A stretch of 61,654 bases of DNA, filler included, from Bipalium vagum (taxonomy: Eukaryota), in NCBI GenBank assembly GCA_037834085.1. It is 3 parts of 3 records of this genome, joined end to end, with 100 filler letters (N's around TTAATTAATTAA, not from the genome) between each part and the next. Parts side by side here need not be neighbours in the genome. Positions count along the whole stretch, not along the records: positions 22,420 to 45,280 come from JBBMKC010215693.1; positions 45,381 to 61,654 come from JBBMKC010118870.1; 1 more part is not named here. One strand, written 5' to 3'. The notes beneath the pieces are model-generated. The model was given only the letters and a program-made list of their open reading frames with translations. It made no database searches and was not told the origin of the DNA. Both the position numbers and the translations under genes were made by a program. Positions 38,801-53,339 of this stretch are shown here, piece by piece. Within the stretch, counting starts at the first letter, position 1, and each line of letters starts with the position of its first letter.

Positions 38801-39418
38801 AAAAAATAAAACAAATAATAAATAATAATATAATAAATATTAAGCAAATACGTTCACATTTTCAATCAATAAAACGGAAACGTAAGAAATTGAAATAACT
38901 TTTGAAATATTAAATTAATTTTGTAAAATATCTTTATTAAATTGTAATAAAATGAAATAATTTTTGACGAATTAAAATAAGAAATAAATAAACTTTATTT
39001 GCATCTCCTCTCATTAAAACAAACAATAATGAAAAATAAATTTAATATTTTATGATAAAAAGTTTATTTTTGAAAAATTACTGTGGTCATTGTTCTGAGG
39101 ACTTTGACTTCTCAGAACCGAATTTCATAAACCACACATAAAAGGCTTTAATGTCAGAAGTAATAAGGAGATTAGATGTGAGAGAAAAGTAAAAATATCA
39201 AAGGATAATGTAACTATAAAGAGATCATTAATAATATAACAATGAAAGTATTACTATGGAAGATCTTACTTTTATTATCGTAGTTGATAAAAATCCTGAT
39301 GTATTTTGATATTCATTAAATGATTTAAAGTCAAAACAATAATAGTCGTGTTGCAGATCTATTTTAAAAGGGTTAAAAATAATAATAACACGTTATTATA
39401 CTATAATTACCCTAGGTA

Positions 39419-41107
39419 CAGTGAAACCTGTCTAATGTGATCACCCCATTGCAAAGTGAAATTCGGTCACATTAGCAGGCTGTCACATTATAAAAGATTT
39501 TTCAAAATTAAGCATAGCATAACATATTACATAATAACAATAAATAAAAGAACATTAATCAATAAAAACTTTATTCTAATAAAAAAGTCATTCAATGTAA
39601 TTGTCTGGATTTATTTTTTTATTGCAAATTTCGTTCTCATTTTTATGCCTAGCCTGTGATATTGGTATTACGATCTCCGGAAAACTATTGCTGCAAACTC
39701 GCTAATTTCATTCAGCATTGCAAGAACATTATTAAAAGTCAGATTCTTAGTGGTAATATTTGGGATCAAATCATCACAACTAGAAGTAATGCTTTTATGA
39801 CCAGCTTTGTCTGCTTGGTAGTCATTGAAAACATTTTAAAGAAAATCTTCAGTAAATGCTTCATAACAACTGGTATTTTCATCGCATTCAATGTAATCGA
39901 CATTACTTCCAAATTCTGAGACGATGGTACCATCAGCATGGAATAATATTGTATTTTCCATTATCTTCAGTTGATTTGAAAATGAATCCTGCATTAAAAA
40001 ACATTTGGATATCGTTGTCACTTTTATCGATTTCAATGCATCAAAAATCCATAATACTACTTGCAAATCATTAAGTAATTCAGAACAATCAGATGTCGTT
40101 CGATTTTCACCACAATTAGATATTATACTTGAAAGAAGCAACTTGCGATAATTGGTTTTAAAACTTTTTATGACACCTTGATCCATTGGTTGGAGCTCCG
40201 CAGTAGTATTACCGGGGGAGAAATTTTATATTGACATTAAGAAGATTGGCGATTTTTGGATAGCAATTATCTACTATCATTAAAATTCGCCTAATTTGTT
40301 TATTCATTTCCTTGTCAATATTTTGTATCCATTCTACAAACAATTTTGATGCCATCCAGGAATTTTTATTTGCTGGCCATATGACACCCAATTTGTGCGG
40401 CGATATTTTCCCGAAACATAGAGGTTTATTATAAATCTGATGTGGTTGATATTTTTCAAAACTTTTTAAATTGAATTATACCAGTACGAAAATTTCACAC
40501 CTTTTACGTTAAAACTTTCACCGGATAATTAACGTTATTTGATATTGTGTCTTGCTTTAAATTTCTCAAGCCATCCAGCTGATGATATAATATCCAAGAT
40601 CTTGTTATCATTTGGTTATATCTTATTTGCTTAGATAAGTAAAATTTTATCAAAATAAAACCCACCAAGTTTTTTTATTAAATTAATAAATTCTAGAACT
40701 ATTAAAAAATTATTGGATATTTAAGAGAGCGATGTGTTGATAATTGAATTATTTCTTGAACAGGAGTCAAATATTTCATCTTTAGAACCTAAAATTTTTT
40801 AAATAGATCTACTGATATTTTTCTGTAAAATTTTAAGAAATTTTGCAAAGCTTATCTTTAGAGTTCTATTTAGATAATCAATTACTTCTTTTACCTCTTT
40901 ACAGCAAGGTATTTAGTTGGTCTTATAGACATCTTCATATAAAATATAAGTTATTTTGGATATTTAAACAAAACGTTTTTGTAATAATATTGTACAATAC
41001 ATAAATTTCTGTTGGAAAACTTTGAAAATGGCAATCTTTGGAGAGTCTATAATACAAAAACAAAAACTGGCTTATTTTGAAGGTTGTGAACTAGAAAGGA
41101 TTCACTG
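39419..41107 (-). mobile_element. pogo/Tigger (TIGD4/6-like) DNA transposon, near full length, disrupted
   Basis: TIRs CAGTGAAACCTGTCTA and CAGTGAATCCTTTCTA. Motifs SAGWLEKFKARHNI, NKNSWM..ILMIVDNC, LQPMDQGVIKSFKTNYRK. Confidence 0.9.
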
Positions 41108-41115
41108 CATATATA

Positions 41116-42465
41116 CACAGCTGGACAAAAAAATGAAGCTTACACAAAATAAAACATTTTTATAAAAATGTTTAAATTGGTTAGCATTTATTACATTTTT
41201 AATATTTAAGCTATTGCACGTAATATGTATGTAATTTGGTATTTTTGTTCTGTTTGTTTTAATAATTCAAGTTATAAATAAAATGACTACGACACATTTA
41301 AATGTCGAAAAAAAAAGGATATGTGGTCTTTGTTACACAAAACTGTCATATCCTGAAATGCAGAGTATTTTGAAGAAACATGGTATTCAAATTCCATTAT
41401 CCAAAATACAAAGAATTGGCTACAAGTTCAAGACAAGAGGTTCTGTAAAAGGAGATAGACTGAAATTTGAGGTCATTAAAGATCGTAAGAAAACTATTAC
41501 AAAATTAGCTGAAAAATTCAAAAATTGAAATTATGAAACAGTTTCTCGAAAACAATTGCAAGACGAGTCAAAGAATTGGGGTTTGCATCTATGCAAGGAA
41601 ACCATTTTATTCAAAAAAGAATATTAAAGACAGATGAAATTTTTATAATCTTTACGATATGTATGATTCTCAATGATTCCAATGTGTCCTGGAGTGATGA
41701 ATGTCGATTTGAACTTCACAGTGATGCCCCTGAACACTGTCTTCGAAGATCAACTGAAAATATGTAATGGAATGTATTTCCACCTAAAAAAAACATGTTG
41801 CTGGGGGAATTATGGTTTGGGGAATATTCTCAGCATCTGGAGTTTGTGAGCTTATACGATGTACTGGGTCAATTAATGCCAAAGAGTACCAAATGATATT
41901 AGATATTTGATTGCTTCCAAGCATCGAGAAGTTATGCACGGAAATTGAAAGACAATATGTTATTTTCCAACAGGACAATGCACCGGCGCACACAGCAAAA
42001 ACATGGTTGAAGAAAAAAAGTGTACCGGTTATGTTTTGGCCTGGACAATCGCCAGATCTTATTCCCATTGAGAATATATGGGCATACATAAAGGCAAAAC
42101 TAGCCGGGAAAAATTTCAATACTCCTGACTAACTGTGGAAAGCAGTCGAAAAAGAATAGAAAATCATTAATACAGAACATTTTCAGAGACTATCATATAG
42201 TCTACCCAAACGACTCAAGTTGCTTAAATTGGCCAAATGGAAATAGATCCCTTATTAATATGAATGTGAACAAGGAAGAGTTTTGTGCCCTAGTAGAGCA
42301 GCAGCCCAAGGTTGTCCGAGGTACTCAAGCATTCTCAAAGCGTCATCGTTCGTCATCTGCATAACATGGATTTTGTAAGTAAAACTTTTGACTCAACCTG
42401 ATATATAATATTATTATAAATTTTAGAAAAATAATGTATTAAAATAAATTATTTCGTTGTGTAAG
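41116..42465 (+). mobile_element. Tc1-family transposon, near-complete disrupted transposase
   Basis: Starts TA|CACAGCTGGACAAAAAAATG. Motifs WSDECRFEL, GGIMVWGIFS, FQQDNAPAHTAK, WPGQSPDLIPIENIW. Partial right TIR near 42450-42465. A mariner fragment (VRHLHNMDFVSK) is inserted at about 42265-42395. Confidence 0.92.
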
Positions 42466-44349
42466 GTATGTTGGCGGTAAAATTTCTAACAATGAGCAAA
42501 GAAATGAGAGGATAAACAACACATCATATAATATTAAAAGAATAAAAAATAAGTATATATAGCAAATATAAAAAGATAAGTAAGCCTGCTTTTGGTTAAT
42601 TAATAAGTTAGTTGTTAAAAATTAATAGAAGAACTTCCTTCTTAATATAAGAAATATTTCCGTTTCTTTCAAATAAAATAATATGTTACTTAACTAAAAC
42701 TATTCTGTTTCTCCTTTCTATTACTGTAGATTTGTATAAAATCTCGCAAATTCTTCAGCATACTCCTAATGAATTCTACAAACTTAAATATTTGTTTTAT
42801 TTCGACTAAAATGATTTGATAAGTCGAGAGAATTTATTATATTATTTTTATGCCTCGGTATTCAATATATATATAATAATTTATTCTCGTCGTACAGTTT
42901 GTTTTTCCTTGTTCAAGCTCAGCAATTTAATATTTTCTCATTCATTGCATTTATCAGTCGTATTAAGTAACTTTCTTTTATTCGTTCTTATATTTCATTT
43001 ATTATTTTCCTCTTATCAGGATATTTTTGTTTTAAATAATCGTGTCTGTTTGCATTCATGTAACAGTTGTCACGAAAGGAAAAACTTTATATTTTAAACT
43101 CGATTTCTAATAATTAAAACTAATGAAAAAAAAACTAATAAGAAAATAAAGAGGTTACTGGGTGTAAAAGTCAAAAGTTATGGTTTTTCAAAGGGGTTCA
43201 TGCCTGATAAAGATCTTAATTAATAACGGTAATATTTTAGGGTAACTGTAAAATTCAATATCTAATATTCATTAAAATTGATTAAAAAGTCTATTGTTTT
43301 ACGAGTACATTTCCTATCGTTTGATGCAATATCCTTTGCGGGAAGCATGGTTTCGTTGCAATATAATAAAGGTTTTGTAAAGACTGATGAAAGTAAAAGT
43401 CCAAGATAAAATATACAGAAAGATCAAAGAAGTTTATGAAAGATAGTGTCATATATTAACGATGTCAGACGCTTTGGGTCAAAAATGATCTAAAATGATA
43501 AAATATTAAAAACCTGCTCGCAATACTTATAATTTCGATGTTAATCTTTTAAACATTATTATAAATTTATTCTTGAATAAAAGACATTGAAAAGTTTAGA
43601 AATCAAAATGCTAGAGTATTTATTTCAATAATAATATCAAAAATAATTGAAGAACTCATTTGAAAAATGAAAAAAAATTGAGTACAATATAATAAATATT
43701 TGAAATGTAAAATGGATGAAAATAAGGACTCTTTGAGGATAGATTTCAAGTTAGATTAACGAACAGAATATAAAAGTTTTCATAAGATTCATTATATTTC
43801 TGTAGCTCTCTTTTAAGTTATTCCATTCATCTACTCATCGCAAAATCTTCAATCTAGTCATTTCTCAAACCCCACAAAACATTTGCATTGTTTAGGGTAT
43901 ACTGTCAGAAATAACAGATAACTACAATATCTTACGTGGATGCTTCACCATTAAAAAAATGAAACTGCCAAAATAGGTCTTAATGAGATATCCTTCACAA
44001 TTCATCATTTTATAATTTTCCTCAACTATTCTTCGTTGATCTCACCTAGGTAAATCATTAATTCAATTTACAATTTAAATCAATATACTGTGTTGGCCAT
44101 CATTCATAGAGCATTTAGAAACTATTATTCGGCAGCGGATCACTGGAATTACATTCGCAAGAAGCGACCATGTCAACCAAAGAATAAAATGATCTAGCGA
44201 CTCTCAGTGTAAAATTTATGCGGCTTAGGTGTTTCTATGTCAATTTATTTTACTTGTTAAATAAATTAACAATATATTTTAGAAAATTTTTAAAAATTAG
44301 GAAAAATTAAAAATTTTCTATAAATCTTTTATTCGGTAATTAAGATTAC

Positions 44350-45160
44350 ATTAAAAGCTGGATGTTATAGAAAATTGGATGTAATACACTATTTCTTGAA
44401 GTTCCTCTCCCATTACATCTACTTTACTAATGGAATAACCAGGATATAAGATACAAGTATAAGAGGGAACTTATCAATTCTTTATTGAAAAGATGCTTTC
44501 GAATAAGACAAGAAAAATGATGTCAACTGCAGACAAAATCAAGTTGTTGGATATAGCAAATGACAAAACCAAGAAAATAACTGATATTTTAAGTCATTTC
44601 TCAATAGTTCTTTCCACATGTCTTAAAAATAAAACCCCAAAAATTTCTTTCTGTAGAGCATTTGATGCAATTAAATTTTAAAGCTTAAGTCAGCACTTAC
44701 GGAGAATTAAACAAAGCAATTTCACTTTGGTTTCATCAGATGCGTTCCAAAATACAATTGTCAATAATCCTATTATTAAGGAAAAATCATAGCACATGGC
44801 ACAGTCAATGAGGATTGACTTTAAGTCATCTAATGGGTGGCTTCAGCTATGGAAGCAGAATGAAAATATAGCTTTTCAATCGGGTTATCGTGAAAAGTTA
44901 GTGGCTGCTGCTGACCAATGGATTCAGGATGTACTTCCTACTATAATTTCGGGATATGATTCAAGAAACATACAATGCTGATGAGACTGGTATCTTATAT
45001 AAAACCCTTCCTAAAGAAACATTTACTATGTATCGATCAGCAAACTGCAGTGAAGTTATAGAAAGATCGTCTGACAGCCCTTAATTTTCAATAAAGATGG
45101 TTCTGACAAGTAGTTATTTATCATAGGTAAGGTTTTATCTCCCCGGCATGTTTAAGCGTT
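44350..45160 (+). mobile_element. pogo/Tigger transposase 5' remnant
   Basis: CENP-B-type HTH (RKMMSTADKIKLL), FKSSNGWLQLWK, NADETG, KDRLT, GSDK. Confidence 0.85.
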
Positions 45161-45280
45161 CATCATAAGCGTTCAATGCGCAAAATGGCCTCGGAAATTG
45201 GATTTTCAGCGACTAGCATGCGGAATATAGCAAAAAAGGAACTTAAACTCAAGTCCCTTAAGCTGCAAAAATATCAACAC

Positions 45281-45380
45281 NNNNNNNNNNNNNNNNNNNN
45301 NNNNNNNNNNNNNNNNNNNNNNNNTTAATTAATTAANNNNNNNNNNNNNNNNNNNNNNNNNNNNNNNNNNNNNNNNNNNN
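45281..45380. other. 100-bp scaffold gap with synthetic TTAATTAATTAA linker
   Basis: Linker at 45325-45336. Confidence 0.95.
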
Positions 45381-45779
45381 CTAAGAGCGAGAGGATTTTT
45401 ATAAATAATAACCCTAATTAATAAAATCAGTTTAAATCGGTCAGAATTGTTATCACTTATTGTAATTATAATAATAATTTTGATATTAAGTTTAAATAAA
45501 AGTATTAAACTAAAAATCGTTTTCTTAGTTTGTCTAATTAACCGAAAACAACCTAAAGCAACCTTCAACCGTTGAGACCTAAGATACGCTCCAACATTTA
45601 ACATCTTTTTGTCCATCAACTTAGGATCTTAACAATATAATGAAAGTATTGTAATTGTTTTAACAAATCAATTTAAAATTTATTTTTAGGTCAGATATTT
45701 AAATGGCAAATAGTTTCGAAAATAATAAAGCAAAAACTTCAAAATTTCTTTCAAGAAATGTTCAGGTAAGATATGAGAA

Positions 45780-46530
45780 CAGGTAAGATATTCAGCAATT
45801 TATCTTATATTAATTTCAAAAATGTTACAAAAGCCTATGAGTCAATTTGTTCAGTCCTTGGCAAAGAAGTAGCAATGCCTAATGTGTGCGCCTTTTGATT
45901 CAAATGCTTCAAAGATAATTTAAGTCTCATTGACTGACCTGACCACACCCTGGAGTTTCTTAGAAAATTGTTTCCAATCATTTACATGAGATGGGCAAAA
46001 TCCAAAGATCCCACATAATCTTAGCCATCCAAAAAAATCAACGTTTGGCATCGTGTCTTTCACTTCTCAATAGAAACCGTAAAAAGACGTTTTTGTGGAA
46101 AATCGTTACAGAAGACAAGAAATGGATCCATTAGAAAAAACCGAAACGTAGAGAGCTATGGGTATAATCTAGAGGAGCATCAAAGTCGGTCGTAAAGTCC
46201 AATCGTCTTAGACATAAGATAATAATGCTATGTATCATGTGAGATATATAGAAAGTGTTAAGAGCTGTTGGAACCTGGTGAAACAGTTACTGCCGATCGC
46301 TATCAAGATCATTATTAAAATTGAATCAAAATCTTGAGTTGAAACGTCCTTATTCTGAAAAAAGAAATGTCCTGTTAAATTGTTACATGACAACACTAGG
46401 TCGCATATTGCTTCGAAAACCAAGGACAACATAACGAAGCTTGGCTGGAAAATTGTGGAACACTCGGTCTATTCACCAGACATTGTCCCAACAGATTTTC
46501 ATTTATTCCAATTAATGCAGAACACCTTAT
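45780..46530 (+). mobile_element. mariner (D34D) transposase remnant
   Basis: LLHDNTRSHIA..LGWKIVEHSVYSPDIVPTDFHLF, with 34 residues between the last two Asp. Confidence 0.88.
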
Positions 46531-46959
46531 AATTTAATATGAAGTAATAAAAAATAAGAACCACAAATTATGACACGTACTGTAACCATCATAATATATT
46601 AATTAATGAATACAATAATGCAAAAACTGAGAGTAGCTACAGGTCAGTGAAAAATTCTTTAAAAAAACTCTAGAAGGGGCATGTAAAAATTCATTTACAT
46701 TAAAAGGAAATCATACAGATTACAGAAATAGTAGAATGAATAATAAAATGATTAGAACCAGCTTTCTCATTAAAATCCCTTCTAACTATAATATATTCTT
46801 TATATTAATATAATCTTTAAGGACATTAAAATAATAGGAAAAAATCGAATAATATTTTATTAATATGTTAAACATTATTTAAATTATAACTTAAAAATTA
46901 TTAAGGAACATATAATTTTATAAATAAAAGAAATTGAAGACTGAAAAATTCCTTCAATT

Positions 46960-47940
46960 TATGCAGTGGATAGCATGTGTTACGATGAAGATACATTGAG
47001 TTTTTATTCGAAAAGAAATTTTTCAAATTTCAAGACAGTCCCAAATCTGATGGAATCATGCAACTACAAGGAACAAATGCAATATTTACAGATGCAATAT
47101 TTACAGATGCAATATTGTAGATATGGTTAAGGAGATTGTCGTAAATCAGTATCAGTAAAAAAGATTCAATTTTTAAGAATTTAAAAATGGAATACTCCAA
47201 AAAATTTTATATTGAATATTTATGGTTGACTAAGACTCCAGTCACAACCGCAATCAATTAAAATAGATATAGTTAACACAATATTTGTAAAAACTTTAAG
47301 ATTTTACGGCAAATAACTGGTATGTCAATCAATCCAATTAAAGAAGTTATTGATGGGCAATATATAATCGTGGAAATAGATAAGACGAAACTTGGGAAGC
47401 AGAAATACAATTGGAGAAAAACTTTTGATGGAATTTAGGTAACTGGTGGCGTTGAAAGAACATTCGCAAGGAAGATATTGCCATCGAATAAAGATCTAGT
47501 AGTGATACATTATTAAATGTTATCAGAAAATGTGTATTCAGGATCTATTATATATAACTTGAAAAACTATGTCAGACTATCAGAAGACGGTATAGTGAGC
47601 TATTCTAAATTTTACGGGTGTACATACTAACACATTCGAAGGAACTTGGTTTGCTTATATTTAATATGAACATTTTAAAAATTAACTATTCAAGTCTAAA
47701 TTAAAATAGTCAATCAAACCAAAAAGCAGAAAACAATTATCATAATTTTTGAATTTATTTGATGAAGATTAAATTCTAAGATTTTGACTGCATATGTCAA
47801 TGTAATAAGATATTTTCAATAAATCCATTAATTGTATATACTATTATTATGATCGAAAATAAAAATTTATTTATTTTAAATAGAAATTAAATGTTTATTA
47901 TTAAGCATTTAATAAAAATTTTATGAGCACCAATATTACC
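46960..47940 (+). mobile_element. Merlin (IS1595/IS1016-like) transposase remnant
   Basis: IVEIDKTKLGKQKYN..VTGGVER, TLLNVI, TGVHTNTFEGTW. Possible right TIR GAGCACCAATATTACC at 47925-47940. Confidence 0.8.
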
Positions 47941-50900
47941 ATTTCATTTATGTTATATTTTAAATACTAACTTAGTTACAGTTAGACTAAATCTGTTCTA
48001 ATATTTAATAAATAGTTTTTGAAATCCAAGTTTTATATTATCAGAAATCTATTAAAAGAAGATTTAACTGTCGACCACGCCGAAAATGTTAATGTCATCA
48101 CTAAACAACATACATGTAAAGAAGATGCTATTAAATGCTTTGCCAAAGAAGGCACAAGAATTTTTTCTCCAAATCCGCAAGTTTTATTGGCGAGGCACTC
48201 AAGAGGATGAGAAATGACTGAAGGAAATCGAAGGGTGGTTGCACATCAATGATTTTTTTTTATTGGTGTTTTTGACCTGCTACTGACGGATGAAGCCGCT
48301 GTATAAATCTTTCACCCATCTCATTATGGAGTTTGCAGGGGTAAAACAGAAAAAACAGGAGATTCGCAACCTTCGAGATTAGAATACAAGAACTACTGAA
48401 CAATGTTTACGACTCGGGTTTCATAGGAGACGAAAAGATTAATGATCTCTTAACAACTCTTTCTTCTTCAACTCCATGCTGGAAAAGGTCCCTAAGTCAA
48501 CTGCCAATATTAATATGGATAACAAAAAAAAGTTAAGCAAGTCAAGGATATCTTAGGATATTCTGAATTAACAAAACTAAAAAATTATTTATCAATGAAA
48601 ATCCATGGTTAATACCTTAGGTTGTAATTTACCCAGGAATTCAGAATAATAATAATAAATTCCTTTTGTGGGAATGAAATATTTTCACACATATCTCGGA
48701 AAAATAAAGAAATGGGAAAATGAAGTAATTTTAAAAGATTTCGAATTCCCTAATACCGTATATTGGTTAGTTGGCTGCATATAAAAGGATTTCCCTAGTT
48801 TTTAAATGAACACAGATATTTGGTTTAAAAGTGTATCTTAAGATTTACGATTTAAATTTTGTTTGTATGAGTTATAATTATTAATGTCAAAATAAAAATT
48901 ATATTTGCGTCGGAAGAAATGTATCCAAATCAATAGTGTCACGAAGAACCAAATTGTACTCGGGTCTTCGAGTGAACCGATGTTATTGTATAAAAATAAA
49001 CTATTATAGAATCTTTTGGTTAGTTTTGTAACATTAACTATAAGTGAAAGGTAGCCAGATAAGAACACTAAATACCTAGTTATCCAACATAAGTTATAAT
49101 TATTATGATATTATTAATCATACATGGACATTTATTACTAAAAAAATTGACTAAATTGAACAGATAAAAACCTAAATAGCATCCAGATTTGACAATATTC
49201 AATGTATAACACATGAAAAACGAGTCACACGACTTTTATAAAAGGCTGAATATTTGATTTCTAGACAGTTGTAAAGAGATTAATGATAATCATACTCAAT
49301 ATAATTGATTAAAAGATAGGAGACCATAATTTAGGGTACTTGTGATTTAATTGTCTAATTTAATCATTATTTTAAAATATTTGTTACAGTAATTATTTGA
49401 TAATTTAATACGAACATTATTAATATTTCATTAATTTTAGAGATGATTAATAATTTTTATATGATTATGAAAAAGCTTTTTAATTTATCAGATAAAACCA
49501 AAGTTATATAAATGTATCCTAATTGTAAGTCTTTTTCAAGTGAAATGCGATTAGAAAAAACCTCAGATCAATGCACGTAGCGACGCAAAGAAAGATCTTG
49601 CTTTCTATTATTTACAATTTTTAAAGATAGCCATACATGTAAATTCTAACTTACCTTTACATAAATGTTTTCAAATCCATTCAAATCTCATTGCATGATA
49701 TGCTCTCAAAAAGATATACATGATATATTGCATTATAATTGTATTGTATTATAAATAAAAAAATAGGCTGTCAGTAAACTACTTTATGGCATCTATTGAA
49801 TCCATAAATTTTTAACAATTTTATTTAGAAATTGTTAGAAATTGGTGTTATAATAAATTGATGAAAAAAGTCTTATCTCGAGTCGACATAGACGAGGTAG
49901 AATAGTAGAATAGTTAAAAACAAATATTTGATCATAAGAGCCATAGAAATAACTACAATAAAAATCTTTGCAATCAAGCCGTAATCGTCATATTTCATGC
50001 ATTTTTATTAGAAAATATAGACAAATCACCCCATATAATGACCGGTGGTTTGGATATACACATTCGACAGTTAATTATCATGAGTTCGTTATATATGATA
50101 ATCCTGTTGTCAACACTGAAAAATTGCAAGATTGTGCATGCCTTTAAAAGAAAACTTATCAAATTCTTTCATTGACATTTGTTTAGTTTTCACCCGATAA
50201 TAATCAAAATAATAGTAATTATTATTAATTAAATTAACAAATAATTTTTTATATTTAACTACATCATAATTGAAGTTTACACTTTTGAGACGTTTGGCAA
50301 ATTTCAAATTAAAAAAAATGCTAAAAGAAGAGGATTTGTCTTATCCAAGAGTTGAGTTCTATTTGGAAACAAGTAAACAAAGTAAATGCACAATCCTTAT
50401 TTGCTTAGTATTTATTAATTTATACAAAGGTATAATTTACCTAGATTGAATCCCTACTAGCCGCAAGATCGAAAAAGGCTTACCGATGTCAACAAGCAAA
50501 ATCGACTTACTAATTACAGGGCGATTTTATTTTGTTTGCCTTACTTAAAAGCATATTATTAAAAAAAACTAAATATTTGTTGTGAAACATTATCCACCCT
50601 AACACATATATCAGTTGCTTAAATATTCACTATATTTAAGAGCTATTTACAATATGATAAGGAACGAAAAAAAAATTAATGACCTTTTATAACGATGGCA
50701 TCAATGATCTACGTCGTCGTTGGACGTATTTGCTCCAACATTATTGTAATTATATTAATTATTGATATATTACTTTATTCTACATTGATACATTTTATTT
50801 GGCTTTATTTGTCATTGTATTTTGTTATCAATAAAAATTGTACGATTAATTTGGTTCCACACCAAAATAATAATAACAATATAAATAGTAAAGCTCATAC

Positions 50901-51699
50901 TTATCTCATTTTATTTTCTGCCAGAATAGATTTTATTTTTATTTTCCATTTGGTTCTAATGAACTTTAATCTCAGGCTTTGCTTACCTAAGAAATCTTGT
51001 TAATAAGCAGCTACTGATGCCTGAAGTAATTAATTAATTTTGCTGTGTGCGTAAGTAGCAGTTTCCGCCTATGAATTGATTGAAGGTTGCTATGCGTGCT
51101 CCTATGTCACTGACGATCATAAATAGAGATTTCTCAGAGATGCATATCAGTGAAAAGAAAACCTAATTGTCGATGATTTTATTAAAAAAAAACTAATTAT
51201 TGTTAAAAATTGACTTGAGGTTTAATTCTCAAAGTCAATTTAATCATATGGGTAATTGTGGATTTGTATTTGTTGTTTACATTTCATTATTTTATTTTTT
51301 ATGATTTTATTATAATTATTACCTTTAATTGTACCATGTTTTCTTTACTATTTTACTTTTATCGATAATAGTAATAAAGAATAATTGGTTTAGTTTAATA
51401 ATCATTTATTATTTTTTCATTATATTTCGTATTTTATTGAAAGATTTTTTAATGTTAGTATATTTATGAATGTTATCAGAATTGAAAGATATTGGACTTA
51501 TCAAAATTAAATATTTATAAGATTTTTTTCTGCTTTGAGTGTTACATTACATTTTGTAATATATTTTAAATTTAAGTTTAGAAAATATTGATAACTACAA
51601 TGTGACGAAAATAAAAACAAGGTAGTAAAATATTTTTTATACAATGAGAAACATCGAATTGTAAGGTATATATAAATATATATTAAATTTTTGATTCGT

Positions 51700-51960
51700 C
51701 AAAATAACTTCTTTTTTATTACAGCGCCACAGATCTTTAGCATATGAGTAATTAATTTACTCAATGTTTCAGGATGTATTACATTCCATTCTACTTGCAA
51801 TAAGTGCCAAAGATTTTCTAAACAAGATGACTACACTTCTCGCACATTTCCGTCAAGTTCTTCCCATAGCAACTCGATCGAATTGAGATCTGATGACTGT
51901 GGTGACCATTCCATTATTTCTAGTATTTGTTGACTTTGAAGATCTTCTAAATAGAGTTTG
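51700..51960 (-). mobile_element. Tc1 C-terminal remnant
   Basis: WSPQSSDLNSIELLWEELD..LQVEWNVIHPETLSKLITHM..CGAVIK. Confidence 0.8.
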
Positions 51961-53339
51961 CAAATTTTGCTGGTATTTTCATATTTTGTTTTCAGCCCCG
52001 AGGGATTTTTTATTTTCAGATATTGAGTTCAATTTTAAGCTTTCCCTATCTGCATGTTTTAAATGCTTCTTCTCATTTCTTTCCGATCATAATTTTCCAT
52101 CTGATCTTGATTTTATTGTTATTTTTATTATCTTTTATTTTATTGACCATCTCTAATACATAGTTGTTTTTATTATTATGCTCAGACATCTTCATACATC
52201 CGAAATATTAATATAAAACGTGGGGAAAGTGGTGACGCATTTTCCCAACAAATGGAAATAGTTTATTTTAAGAATTCTTATTTATTTGCACTTATTTTAT
52301 ACTACTAATTATCAGCGCAATTAAATTTATTGATTGGTAAAAATTTTGTTATGATTTGTTTTAATTTTCAGACTTCACAATAATTTGAAATGGAAGATGA
52401 AAATAGTATTTTTGATATGCTTTACAATTTTATTGTCGAAAAAGGAAAACACACATCATGTTTTTGAAAAGTATAGTGATAATAGTTTAAAACAATTTTA
52501 ATATCAGGAAAGTTGTGTTCCATCATTACAATGCTTGGCCACACTCAAGTTTGATGACCTGTTAAAATAGATTGCAGTTAGGATGGATCTTGTTGCCATA
52601 TTAGTAATACTCAAATGACCTTGCGCATCAGACTTCATTTATTTTTCTCTCTTCAAAATTCTTAGTGGTTCAATCTAGATGAGGCTTTATAAAATTACAT
52701 TGTTCATATTTTTTGACAACAAAGATAAGTCCTTTTATGAACGAGTAATTTTAAAACTCAGTAAAAATGGGAAAAGGTTATCGAACAAAATGAGACCCAC
52801 AACTGACTGATTTTTGATTTTTACATAGATAAATAAACTTTTAACTTACGTTATGATGAAAAGTGACAATACCCACGCGACAATTATAGTTGGATAAGAT
52901 CTTTTAACCGATAAATAATATTAACATCCGGTTATATTTAAGTTAACGAAATTTATGAAAGCTTTATTAATTATAATTGATTTGTTATTAACTAGTGACT
53001 GACTAAAAAATAATAATTACTAAAATCTAAAAAATAATAAATATTTACAGATTCTCAACAAGTTACTTTCATCTAAAAATCTAAATCTTTGATCAAATTT
53101 TATAATTGATTCTTAACATTTTTTGTAGGACGCCCATAATTCTAGTGAAAAAATGACCCGTACATATTTCTTTAACCCTTGCGAAAAAATTATGTAGTTG
53201 GATACCTGATTCCTTTAGAATTATTGGTCTGCATTAAGCTTCTGCTTACAAGTATTTGGTCATATTTTTTCTTTTCATAATGCCCAATTCATTCGAAAAT
53301 TAATGAATCAATGATTTTATGTTTAGTACATTTTTGTTA

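Noticed and set aside
33000-39400. Scattered GC-richer patches (34100-34200, 35950-36320, 38070-38330) as possible host exons
   Set aside because: No consistent open, spliceable frame or recognisable domain could be built. They are probably old transposon debris.
48937-49032. TGTCACGAA...TTTGTAACA possible tiny solo LTR
   Set aside because: Only about 96 bp, no TSD, and no second copy in the window.
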